A stretch of 57,581 nt of DNA from Octopus bimaculoides (taxonomy: Eukaryota): the NCBI RefSeq assembly GCF_001194135.2, contig NC_068987.1, forward strand, positions 72,264,021-72,321,601, given 5' to 3'. The translations under genes and the position numbers were made by a program. The notes under the pieces were generated by a model that ran no database searches, had not been told where the DNA came from, and saw only the letters and a list, made by a program, of their open reading frames with translations. The stretch's first letter is position 1. The number at the start of each line of letters is the position of its first letter. Shown in pieces: positions 39,538 to 51,700 of this stretch.

Positions 39538-40953
39538 ACAATAGCACTGCCTCTACATTACATTAACTACATTAACCTTACCAAACATCATCATCATCAC
39601 CACCACCACATATCCATTTTTCCATGCTTGCATGGGTCAGGCAGAATTTGTTGAAGCAGATTTTCCTGTGGCTGGATGCCCTTCCTGTTGTCATCCCTCA
39701 ACTGTTTCCTAGAAAGGTAATGTTTCCCCATGGCCAGATATATTTCTTACAGCATTGTTTGTATTCTTCAATTTCCGTCTACCAAATCCACTCACAAGGC
39801 TTTGGTTTGCTCAAGGCTATAGTAGAAGACACTTGCCCAAGGTGCTATGCAGTGGGACTGAACTCTAGAACCATGTGGCTGGGAAGCAAGCTTCTTATCA
39901 CACATCCATGCCTGTGCCTATATATGTTGATGAAATTCATTTACAACCATCACATATCAAAACAATGATACACACAGATGCATGTACATACACACATACA
40001 TACACACACACACACACACTCACACACACATATATATAACAGGCTTCTTCCCGTTTCTATCTACCAAACCCACTCACAAGGCTTTGGTCGATCTAGGACT
40101 GTAGTAGAAGACATTTGCTTAAGGTGCTGCACAGGGGTACTGAGCCCATGGGTGCATGTTGAGAAGCAAGCTTCTGAACCACATAGTCACGTCTGTCATT
40201 TGCTCAGCTGTTGCAAACTCTGTGTGATCTATTATATGTGGTAAACTTAATTTGTGATATGATCATCTGTGATCTTCTTATCTGTAGTGAGCTCAGTCTG
40301 TGATCTGATCATTTGCAGTGAATTCAGTTTGATGATCTGTAATGAACACAATTTGTTATCTAATCACTTGCAGTGAATTTGTTTGTGATTAATCATCTGC
40401 CATGGATTCAACTTTACTAAAGCAATGATAGATCAACAGCTCTCCATTCATCATTCTGATTTTAAAATAATCCTACAAAGATCTTGGGATTGTTTGTAGT
40501 TGCAACTTTGTTTAAAATAGAGTAAAATCTGGTATCTGAGGAAAATGGTGAGGGCCTGCATTGGGAATAATGACTATAAAACCTATTGGACCATCTATTA
40601 TTTAAAACATTAGGTGTTTTCACTTTTCATGGCAACTAAACTTATTGATATCTCAATATTTTGTATGATTTTGTTAATAATAGGAACTTCAGTTTCAAAA
40701 TTCTCTTACAAACAAAAAACTGATTTTATACTCAAAAACTGACATTTACATTTAGTTTTCATATCAACATTGGCTGGATCTTGAATGTAATCATTATTTA
40801 ATTACAAAGAAGTGAGAATTAGCTCATGTAGTCATCATCATTTGCATCTTCTCCATCTCCCTCCCTCTCTCTCTCACGCAAATACACACACGCTTTATGT
40901 AACAGTTTACTTTTCTTTTTTTTTTTCTTTTCTTTCAACCAATTTTCAAATAG

Positions 40954-41032
40954 GCCCATGGTTGGGAAACTGATGGTAACACAATCTTTGTGCCGTTTCC
41001 TCTAAACGACAAAAATGGTTACCCTTCATCAG
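40954..41032 (+). CDS. FAM91A1: FAM91A1 coding exon
   Basis: tag|GCC...G|gtgagt; AHGWETDGNTIFVPFPLNDKNGYPSS(G); 79 nt. Confidence 0.92.
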
Positions 41033-41376
41033 GTGAGTCGATGAAACTCGAAAGTATAAATAAAATTTTTACATTTTCTACATCACTTAAAGTTTTCAAT
41101 CCAATCCAATCTAATTTATTGTCATTTTTCTGGGGAAAATGGATTTAATTTTCTCCTCTATGCTTGCTTCTGTTTATATCTACATCTTTATTATTTTTGT
41201 GGTTGCAGCTAGACTCCCTACAGAAGAGTTTTTTTAAATGTTAGGACAGGATTTAATTTAGTGCCATATTTCTATGCTGGTTGTAATTAAAATTAAATTT
41301 TTCTCGTCAGTTAGATTGTGTAAAGTAGTCCATTGAAATAATTTTTGGATTATAATTTGTTCTGATTTACTTTCAG

Positions 41377-41935
41377 GAAAATTCTCTCTGAAAAATTCAC
41401 AATACCATAAGGCTGTTCAAAAACTTTCTAAATCAATAGATCTACAACACACATGTGGCTATATAACATTATTGAACATTGGTAAACCTGGTCATCCATC
41501 ATCAGTGGATGTTTTGGGGGCCAACTTCAGTCAGAATCTAATTCTTTCATCTGAGACTGATTCTGACTTAAAATGTGATGAGAAGGAACTCAATGTGACC
41601 AGCTTTGACAATAGTTACAATGAGCTGGGTAATTTGCAACAACATTCAGATGCTCCCTGCAATGGCATTAAAAACCAAGCTTGTGCTGATATACTTTCAA
41701 ATGAATTGGATAATCTTCAGAATCAACAAATGGACCACAGTAACATTGCTCGAGATAACCTCACTTTAAACATCATTCCACCTTCTGAACAGGACCAAGA
41801 CGAGAGTACTGTAGAGGACAGTGAAGACACATGGCTTCTGCTAGACTGTTTCTTTGGCATTCCACTATTTGAGTCTAAGCTCAACAAAGAGGTTTGCCAG
41901 AGAGTTGCATCTGGGAAACTATGTACCAATGAAAG
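41377..41935 (+). CDS. FAM91A1: FAM91A1 large coding exon
   Basis: cag|GA...AG|gttagt; KFSLKNSQYHKAVQKLSKSIDLQHTCGYITLLNIG...(acidic linker)...DTWLLLDCFFGIPLFESKLNKEVCQRVASGKLCTNE(S); 559 nt. Confidence 0.95.
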
Positions 41936-42482
41936 GTTAGTAATATTTTGTATATTAGTGGAAGGGGTTATACAGTTCTATGTATGTGCACGTGGTAACT
42001 AGGGTTCCATATCTAGGTAACTGCAGTTGTCAATAGACAATCACAGCTGCTTCAGTAGGAGCCTCTTCATGGTTACTCAGCCTGCTAGAAATGGCAGTAA
42101 AGTTTCGCTTAAATCATACCACAGTGTTTGTTTTTTTTTTAAACAAACCCATCATATTAGTTAATACAGTCTTAACTAGATTATGTCTGGTGGATGAGTT
42201 AAGTCTGGAGTATCTTTGATTAAAGGTCTGCTGGATGATAATCAAGATAATCAACAATACAAACATGTAATAGGTCTGTTCTGTAAGAGCTGACCCGGGA
42301 CCACACAACAACAAAAAGAACTGCAACCACACACAAACACACACATGGTTGTGTGACTAAGAAGTTGACTTTGTAGCTACATGGTTTTGTGTTCAGTGTC
42401 TTCTGTATCCTCAGGTTGACCAGTCTCAGAAGCTATTGTGATGAAATTTGGTAGATAGAAACTGTGTGAAAGTGAATTACAT

Positions 42483-42522
<40 letters not shown>

Positions 42523-42940
42523 ATTTATCTCTGCATGTCTTTACAATGACATCTCTGAAGCAATGATGATGTTATGTTCTGCATAAACAAAATGTCTGGC
42601 AGCTTAGTGGGTCATGTGTGAAGAGGTACAGTAAAATTCTGTACTTGAAAACAAGAGTTGGTGTCCAGAAAGGCATCTAGCCATAGAATACTGCCTTAAG
42701 AAGTCCCATCCAATTTCTGCCAGCATGAAAAAAGTTAGCATAAAAATGATGATGGTAATGATGGTGTCACTGCCAGTGACAACAACGTGGTCATGCATGC
42801 ATAAAAACTTACATTAATTTTTGTATGAAATAATGGAAATTTATCTGCAAACATTTATAAGTACGTCTACATTCATCACCACTACTGTCATCATCAACAA
42901 CACTACATTATATAGTATTCTGTATATCTTAATGTGAATA

Positions 42941-43500
42941 TATGAGGGTGAGTCAAAAAGTAATGCCATTTTGTTTAGGACATGTATAAGTACCAACACA
43001 GGAACATGTATCATACATCAAAATGAAGCTGGTCCTCTGTGGATCACATCCCTACTTCTCAACATAGTCACTGTTTCTCTCAATACCAATGTTCCACCTT
43101 CGAATGAGAGCATGTATCCCTGCCCTGTAAAATTCTGTTAACTGTTGTTTGAGCCACTTCTTCACTACAGTTTTCTCTTCCTCGTCACTGAAATAATGTT
43201 TGCCTCTCAAACTCTCTTTCGTGGTGCCAAAGAGATGATAGTCTGAAGGCGCTAAATCTGGTGAGTATGAAGGTAGTAAAGAATTGGCTCAAAGAACAGT
43301 CAACAGAATTTTACAGGGCAGGAATACATGCTCTCATTCGAAGGTGGAACATTGTTATTGAGAGAAACGGTGACTATGTTGAGAAGTAGGGATGTGACCC
43401 ACAGAGGACCAGCTTTATTTTGATGTATGATACATGTTCCTGTGTTGGTAATTATACATGTCCTAAACAAAATGGCATTACTTTTTGACTCACCCTCATA
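42941..43500. mobile_element. mariner fold-back element (two right ends, TA-flanked)
   Basis: TA-tgagggtgagtcaaaaagtaatgcc ... ggcattactttttgactcaccctca-TA; about 220-bp arms; minus strand reads PDLAPSDYHLFG...YRAGIHALIRRWNIGIERNSDYVEK*. Confidence 0.92.
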
Positions 43501-45819
43501 TTGTAGAAATTTGCAACACTGTGTTATTCATTTTGAGAAAGCATCTCGTATAGACGTATAGTGCTAAAAAGCACAAAGCTGTGTCAGTAGCAGGCAAAAA
43601 GCATCCAACAGCAGTGGTGGAATTGCTAGGTCTGGGTTTTCTGCATCTTTGTGCATCATCAGTAGCAAGTATCCCTTATTAACTACTTACTTAGATAAAT
43701 TTAGCTTCTACTGATATAGAAAAACAGTGATTAACAAATTACTGGTGTTACAAATAGCCAGCTGGACAGGTAAAAATTTGTTATTAGTAACAGAAACTAT
43801 ATTAGTTCAGAATAGCATTTTGTCTATCTTATTTAACATGGATATCTTGTGGAAAGCCACAAAGCTGCAGGATTTGTTTTGCCAAAGCATCTTGTATAGA
43901 CATATAGTGCTAAAGTGTACAGCAGTGGTGGTGGAATTGCTAAATCATGATTTCTGTGTCTTTGTACATTTTCATAGTAGGAAGTGTCCACTATCAACTG
44001 CATGCCTCTACTGATAAAGACAAAACAGTAATTGACAAATCACTGGTGTTGAAAATAGCAGGCAGGCTGGGTAAAAATTAATTATTAGCAAAAGAACTAA
44101 TACTGTTTTTGTTACTATTAATGAAGTATACTCATCATTATCATCATTATATCCACAAGAGCTGGCCAAGCCAAAGCCTGCACCAGGCTTCTGTGACTGT
44201 TTTGGAAGGATTTTTACTGCTGGATGCCCTTCCTAACACCAACCATTCAGCAGAGTGGACTTAGTGATTTTTATGTGGTACAAGCACAGGCGAGGTCAGT
44301 TTTGGCAATGTTTTTACAGCTGGATGCCCTTCCAAACATCAACCACTTTACAGTGTGGACTGGGTGCTTTTAAGTGGCATCTTCACTGTGAGGGCCACCA
44401 AGTACTTGCAAGACAAAAACTTTTAAGAGGGGAGGAGGCATTGGAGGAGGTGGTGATGAAAAGGTGATAGTGAGACAGATACAGGTGTCTTGCTGAAGAG
44501 AAAGTATAAAGTTACCCAGCCAGAGAGAGAAAGATTAGGGATGAAGACAAACAGGTGTGCTACCACAAAGAAAATACACGGTTACCCAGCCTGAGGGAAG
44601 TGCAGGAGAAAGAGAGAGAGAGAGAGACTGCAGGATGGAGAAGGTGGCAAAATGCCGGGCATGCTCACAAGGAACGGGGATCAGAGTATAAATGAGCTGG
44701 TTAAGTGAAGGAAGAGAGAGATATAGATAGTGGCAAGTGCCAGGGCATACCCATGAGGTTCAAATGCCGTAAGTGCCAGGATATTGCAAAGGGAGTGCAA
44801 GTAAGTGGCAAAAGACTGCTTGCTATTTTCAGCACCAGTGATTTGTTAATTACTGTTTTTTCTTTATCAGTAGAAACTTGATAATGGATACTTCCTACTG
44901 AAAATGTGAAAAGACACAGAAATCATAACTTAGCAATTTCACCACCACTGCTGTACACTTGTCCATACTAGAATTCTATAATCTTCATCTATATCTCTTG
45001 TACAGTAATAACTGGTGTAGTAAGTAGTATTAATGTCCCCCTTGCATTTCCTCTATTGGTGTTGTTGCTTCCACCAAGCCTTACCTTTTCATCAAATGAT
45101 ATTCAGTGAGCCTTTGCCTGTATCTATAATTGGCTGACATCAGTGTAGTAAATGTTATACAGGAATGTAAGTAGGTCCAGGAATTATGCAAAGTCTACTA
45201 TTTTTAGCTGTGAGATTAGGAGAGTGTCAAAAGTTCCTTCTGGCTACAAGAAAGTGATGATATTCAAGCCTCTTTTCCCATTTGCCATTCTTATCAATCA
45301 CTGGAGAATACGCGTAGCTGCTTTGAAAGTGTATTGGGCGACTGAGAACATACTAACAATATTGTAAACTTGACAACTATATTAATTCATAGTACTGAAT
45401 TTAACCTCTACTGTGCTACTGGAAAAGGTTATTGTGTTTTCTGGCACGCAAGTTGTATTTTCCTGACCAAATTTTACAGTCAAAGATAGGTAGGTCAACA
45501 TATACAAGATGACTTTGGAGGACCAAAATTCCATGTGAAATGCAGCAGAATTTGGAAGGATAGTGATGATGTTTGAACATTTACTCTACATGTTTACACT
45601 ATATACTACATCTTGTATGCTGGAAAATACGATAATAGGATATCAGTGTTTGTGTATTTTGCCTCTTAAATCATTATATGATGTTCATGTCTTCACCATT
45701 GTAATAAAATAATAATAAAATCACCCTCATTACTGCAACTAATACAACCATCATTATGATCATTGGCTACTATTTTAATCAGCTCTACTATATATATATG
45801 TATCTGGTTTGTTTTCCAG

Positions 45820-45889
45820 TTTAGAGCAACTGCTTCACTCCAGTAGGAAACTTTCTCTACGTCTATTAACATTCATATCCCATTATCAG
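45820..45889 (+). CDS. FAM91A1: FAM91A1 coding exon
   Basis: cag|T...CAG|gtaaag; LEQLLHSSRKLSLRLLTFISHYQ; 70 nt. Confidence 0.95.
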
Positions 45890-48558
45890 GTAAAGTATTC
45901 CTTTTTCAGAAATACCTAAACTTTTCTTTAATGGTCTCCCTTGTGGACTGGGTGCTTTTAAGTGGCATCTTCACTGTGAGGGCCACCAAGTACTTGCAAG
46001 ACAAAAACTTTTAAGAGGGGAGCATTGGAAAAATTATTAGAGAAAAACAAATTGTGACTCTTTACAGTAAGTTTAATTCCTGCTGAGGCCAACACTGCCT
46101 TTCATCCTTCCAAAGTCAATACAATAAAGTACCAATCAAGGACTGCTCATTATAATTAACTAACTCCTACCCACCAAAATTTAGGTTTGTGCCCGTGTAA
46201 GAAACGATTATCAAGTGGGTTGGTGGGTGGGTAGATTGGCAGAATTGTTAGAGTTTCAAGCAAAAATACCTTGTATTTCTTTTGGTCCCTTACATTATGA
46301 GTTTAAATCCTACTGAAGTTAATGTTGCTTTTCTTCTTTCTAAAGTTGATAAAAGGAAATATCTGTCTAATACTGGAATCAATGGTTTTGACTGCTTCTC
46401 CTCAAAAATTGCTGTCCTTGTGCCTAAACCAGAAACAGTTATTATTAGATATTAGTCATGAACTGGGATCAATTTAACCAATAAACATCCTCTCTGACCA
46501 AAAGGAAATCATTTTTAATACTATTGACTTCACGTTTATTTTACTATCTTGACAGCATTTCTCCTCTTTACAAGCACATTGCACATGATGCACACGATCA
46601 CTGAATGTGAAAATTTCTGTGATCACTTTGGTCAAACAAGGCAAATGGTTCTAAGGATGTTTCTTTCTTCATCATACTATGCTCTCAAACTCACTTCTAT
46701 CTTCACCAAACTCTTCAGGCTTTTCTGCTGGTTTCACAGCCACATATAGAAATGTGTGGTATGCAGCCTCTCTGACTCTGCTAAATTCTGTCCTATTACC
46801 CTCACTTTCTCGCAATCTTCTGTGAAATTATATCTTACCATTGAGTAATTTGTTGCTCAAATGATTGAAGGAGTTATTACCTTCTTTGAAAACAGATAAG
46901 GGTTGATGATAGGAAGATCATCCAGCTGTAGAGAAACTGGTCTCAAGTTTCATTCCACTTATACAAGCATGAAGAGGTGGACATTGAAATGATGATGATA
47001 ACAATGACAATGATCTTTGAGCTTCTTCTCTTACTCTGTGACCAAAACTTTATGACTAATGATCTCTCAGATAACACTGTACTGTCTTAAATTTGGAAAT
47101 GATATAGATTATGTGTCATTTTAAAAAGACAAAGTGGTGATGATGGCTGAAAAGCTTATAATCATAAATCTGTTTGATTAGAGGTGACCTAGGGTTAAAC
47201 AACATCAATAACAGCTGTGACCTTATTGCATTCATTTATTTTCTATATTTAACTTCAACCATTAAGCTACAGAAATTGAAGCAACAACCACCTCACCAGT
47301 GTAAAATGGCATGTCCCTTATCCATAGATCAGATGGTGATATTTCATATATTGACATAAGGCCCTAAATTTGTGGGCAAGGATATATATAATCCACCACT
47401 TGATTTGTTTTTTTTTTACTTTATTAATTCCAGAAGAATGATAGATAAAGTTGACTTTGTTCAAATTTAAACTCAGAACATAAAGACCTAACTAAATATG
47501 ATAAAATATTTTGTGCAATGCTCTAATGATTTTGCTAATCCTACTTAACAATTCTTTCTGCTAAAGACACGAAGCTTGAAATTTTGAGGGAGGGGACTAA
47601 TCATTTATATTGACCTCAGTGCTCAACTGGTACTTATTTCATTGACCCTGAAAATATGAAAGGCAAAGTTGACTTTGGTAGAAATTGAAATCCAAACACA
47701 AAACCAGATGAAATGCTGCAAAGCATTTTGTCTGGTGTGTTAATGATTCTGCTATCTCACTACCTTCTTGTCTTATTAATAATCCTATCTATCATAGGCA
47801 CAAAGCCTAGAGTTTTGAGAGAGGGGGCTAAGTCGATTACATTGGCCCCGCTGCTCAACTGGTACTTATCTCATTTACCCCAAAAGGACGGATGGCAAAG
47901 TTATCCTCAGTAGAATTTGAACTCAGGACATAAATCCAGAAGAAATGCTGCAAAGCAATTTTTCTGACATGCTAATGATTCTGCCAGCTAACTGCCTTCT
48001 GATCCTAATTAATAGTAATTGTCTCTAGCATAGACACAAGATCTAAAATTGTCTGGTACATTATTTTATTGTCCCCAGAACAATGAAAGGTAAAGTTAAC
48101 ACACTGGTGGGATTTGGACTCACCTTATAGATCAAGAACAGATATTGCAAGGCATTTTGTCTGATACTCTGATTCTGCCAACACCACCCTTAATAATTGT
48201 CTGTAATTAGGCACAAGGCCAGCAATTTTTGAGAGGGGGCGGATTCATTTGTCAATACCCTTGACTCCACTACTTGTTCTGGCACTCTATTTTATTGACC
48301 ATGGTAGCATGAAAAGCAAAGTTGACCTTGGAAAGGTTTGAACTTGAAATGTACTGAGCCAGAACAAATACTGCAAGGCCTGATGCTCTAATGATTTTGC
48401 TAATTCTAAAAATAATGATAATACTAATTATTCATGTTCAATCATAAAACAAATAATTGTTGTTAATTAGTCACAATTTACTTTTATATTTAACTCAAAC
48501 AGATGTTTTTTTTTCCTTTTGCATTTTATTAAAATTCTCTTATTGTAACATGTTGCAG

Positions 48559-48681
48559 GGTAAAAATGGAAGCCAGGATTTAAATGGTTCCACACCAGAA
48601 ACTGAGTACAAAATATGTTCAGCACCACGACAGAACCTGGTATTCTCTCAGGGACGCTTAGAAAAGTGGGATGGACGCTGA
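48559..48681 (+). CDS. FAM91A1: FAM91A1 last coding exon
   Basis: cag|GGT...TGA; GKNGSQDLNGSTPETEYKICSAPRQNLVFSQGRLEKWDGR*; resembles the recalled vertebrate end PAKNLIFKDGVLSEWSGR. Confidence 0.93.
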   Translation, partial: GKNGSQDLNGSTPETEYKICSAPRQNLVFSQGRLEKWDGR

Positions 48682-48748
48682 ATTTAACATGTTGATGATT
48701 TATGAGGATGATTATTATTATTATATATTTTTCTTTCTGTTATTAGAA

Positions 48749-48759
48749 AATAAAATAAA
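48749..48759 (+). terminator. Candidate polyadenylation signals (overlapping AATAAA) downstream of the FAM91A1 stop
   Basis: aataaaataaa about 70 nt after TGA; AATAAA is common in AT-rich DNA, so weak. Confidence 0.25.
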
Positions 48760-51700
48760 AAAAGTTCTACAAATAATCCATTTTTTGGAAATGTTTCTTG
48801 TTTTTCTCTGTTACACATTTCTGTATTTAGCTTTTTGGTCTGTTGTTATGCTTGTCTACCAAATTCTTGTGTACATGTGCATATAAAAATTTGAAGAGTA
48901 ATAGGATGAGGATTTTTTTTTATGAATTATGAACTAAAAACTTAAGAAGCAGAATGTGATGTGACAGTCATTCATTTCATAAGACATGTGTGAAGTGATT
49001 GAGTCGGCCCATCTAAGGAGAGAAGTAACTGAACATGATACTTTATGCTATCCAGTTGAACATCAGTGTTCTAAGGTCAAATTTAGCTTTTAGCCCCTTT
49101 GTAACATAGGTCAGTAATAGATGCACTCCTGAGGTATTCTCTGTGGGTTTCAGATCTTTCTAGAAATTTCTCAAATTTAATGTAGTTTTGGGCCATTGAG
49201 CAGTGATGGCTTTTACCAAACTTTTTGCATAATTTTTTATTTAATATTTACTTACATAAGCATTGTTAGTGACAGAAATAGTGGTGGATATATACAGGGA
49301 TATTTCTGTATGTAAGATGAAATAATATATTTGTGGACCATGGGAAAATGTGGAAAAATTTATATGTGGGTCATTACAAAAAGAAGTTGCTGATCTTTGC
49401 TATACAATCAATAACTACCAGTAATTATCATCATTTAACATCAACTTTTCCATGTTTGCAATGGTCAGATGGAATTTGTTGAGGTAAATTTTGTACAACT
49501 GGGTGCCTTTCCTGTTCCAAGCAAGGTAGATATTTCCCCATGACCAGACATGTTTGATGGAAGACTAGAGATGAACAGCCTCACTTGTATGACAATGCTA
49601 CACACCACCATCTCATGATGTCTAGATATATACCAGAGGGAGAGAGGGAACAACATTAACATTTCCTCCACAGCAGAAGTTTTAATGCTGTCCCCACTGA
49701 TGAAGAGGATTGTCCTGCAAGAGCCCTACACTGGTGCCATGTAAAGAGAACTTGTGCTGGTGTCACATAAAAGGGTTTGTTCTGGTGTCATGTTAAAAAC
49801 TCCCAACACACTGCAAAGTGGTTGGCATTAGGAAGGGCATCCAGCCGTAGAAATCAAACCAAATCAGACTGGAACCTGGTGCAACTCACCTGCTTGCCAA
49901 CTCTGGTAAAACTGTCCAACCCATGCCAGCATGGAAAGCAGACGTTAAAGGATGATGATTATATATATGTTTATACATGACTTCTTTCAGTTTTCATCCA
50001 CCAAATCGACTGACAAGGCTTTGGTCAGCCCTTGACTATAGTAGAAGACACTTGCCCAAAGTGCCACACAGTGTCCTAAACCTGGAACCATGTGGTTGGT
50101 ATACCTGTGCCTTACAGTTACTGCAATTAAAATACCTGTTCCTGCAGGAATATTACTTCACTGGAGAATTTAAATTCAAAAATTTTTAAAACTTTTTAAT
50201 GATTTAGTTGGAGGAAGCAAGCAACTAGGAGCTTTTTCCTAGTTCTCCATGATTAATGGAATGGAAGGAAAGGAGGAAAGTATCTTCAGGCAAGAGATCT
50301 AGTCTGAATGCTGGCAATGGAATGGAATCTGTTAGAGGCACTGAAGACAACAAGAACTTCCAGCCATAGAAAATCTGCCTCAACAAATTCTGTCTGACCC
50401 ATGCAAGCATGGAAAAATAGATGTTAAAATGATGATTGTTTGCTAGCAAATAATCTATCTACAATACCAAGGCAGATCATCAGTTTTTCCAGATTCCAGC
50501 CATAGAAACATGCTAAAGCAGACAAGTGGAACTTGGGGCAGTCCTCTGGCTCATTGCTTCCTCTTAAAACTATACAACCCATGCCAGTATGAAAACAAAC
50601 ATTAAACAATGATGATGATGATTATCAGAGGTATGCACTTTTAGCATTTAGGTCTTGAAATAGATTTCTAAGCAAACTATTTTATTCCACATAGTTTCAG
50701 TTCATTTAGCTGTTGGGCATAGGGACATATCATCTAAGAATGTTGTTTGAAATTTACTAATCTTGAGCTAACCATTGATCCTTAGGATTATAAGGTATTT
50801 AGATCTTAAGATGTGTGGTCCCTTGCTATGTAAAACTGGGGTGTTTGAGTTGAGTAGGGCTGATTTGACTGCTTTATTGAGTTGGTTGAATGTTATATAG
50901 AAAACTCCACTGAGGATTATCTTTTACTTGTTTCTGTCATTAGATTGTGGCCATGCTAGGAGCACCATCCTGAAGAATTTTTAGTAAAATGAATTGACCC
51001 CAGGACTTACTTTGTTTTAAACCTGGAACTGCTAAGTTACAGAGATGTAAACACACCAACACTGGTTGTCAAGCAGTAGGTGGGAAACACACACATATAC
51101 AACAGGCTTCTTTCAGTTTCTGTCTACCAAATTCACTCATAAGGTTTTTGTTGACCCAAGGCTATAGTAGTAGGTTCTACACAATGAGATTGAACTTGGA
51201 ACCATGTGGCTGGGAAGCAAACTTCTTACCACACAGCCACACCTACACCTATTTTTATCTTTTTTTTTCATGGATTAGGAGGAAGAGCAATACCCATAAC
51301 CCTTTACAGATTGGTGGTAGGAAGGAAGTTATACTCAACTGGTGTTGGTTTGCTTATGTCTCCATAACAGAACAGTTTGGAAAAAGAGACTGATAGAATA
51401 AGTACCATACTTAAAAAATAAATATTGGGACCGATTTGTTCGATAAAAACCTCTTCAAGGAGGTGCCCCAGCATGGCCACAGTCTAATGACTAAAACAAG
51501 TAAAAAATAAAATATAGAAACTTGTAACAGAGTAGACTCTTTAAAAGGCATGCAAAGGCTTAATGGCTGTGTAAAACCAGGAGATGGATTGTCTACTGAA
51601 GAACAGAAACACATCCTCTGATGAATTTCCACAATGAAGTTTCATGTCTTAATGTTCTGAGTTTAAAATTCTACTGAGGTCAACTTTGCCTTTCATCCTT

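Larger units (their letters stand above)
8975..48681 (+). other. FAM91A1: FAM91A1 gene span (19 traced coding exons; first coding exon not found in window; one internal exon probably in the gap)
   Basis: Spliced translation reproduces recalled FAM91A1 motifs in order: [147 protein letters not shown]. Exon phases match at all junctions; summed length 2427 nt is divisible by 3. Confidence 0.97.

Noticed and set aside
38894-39547. 217-aa ORF
   Set aside because: Artefact of the N gap
49694-49730. Other CTGATGA/CTGAAGA occurrences as hammerheads (also about 10028, 10489, 5698)
   Set aside because: No stem II followed by GAAA and a GUH site; the heptamer is expected by chance
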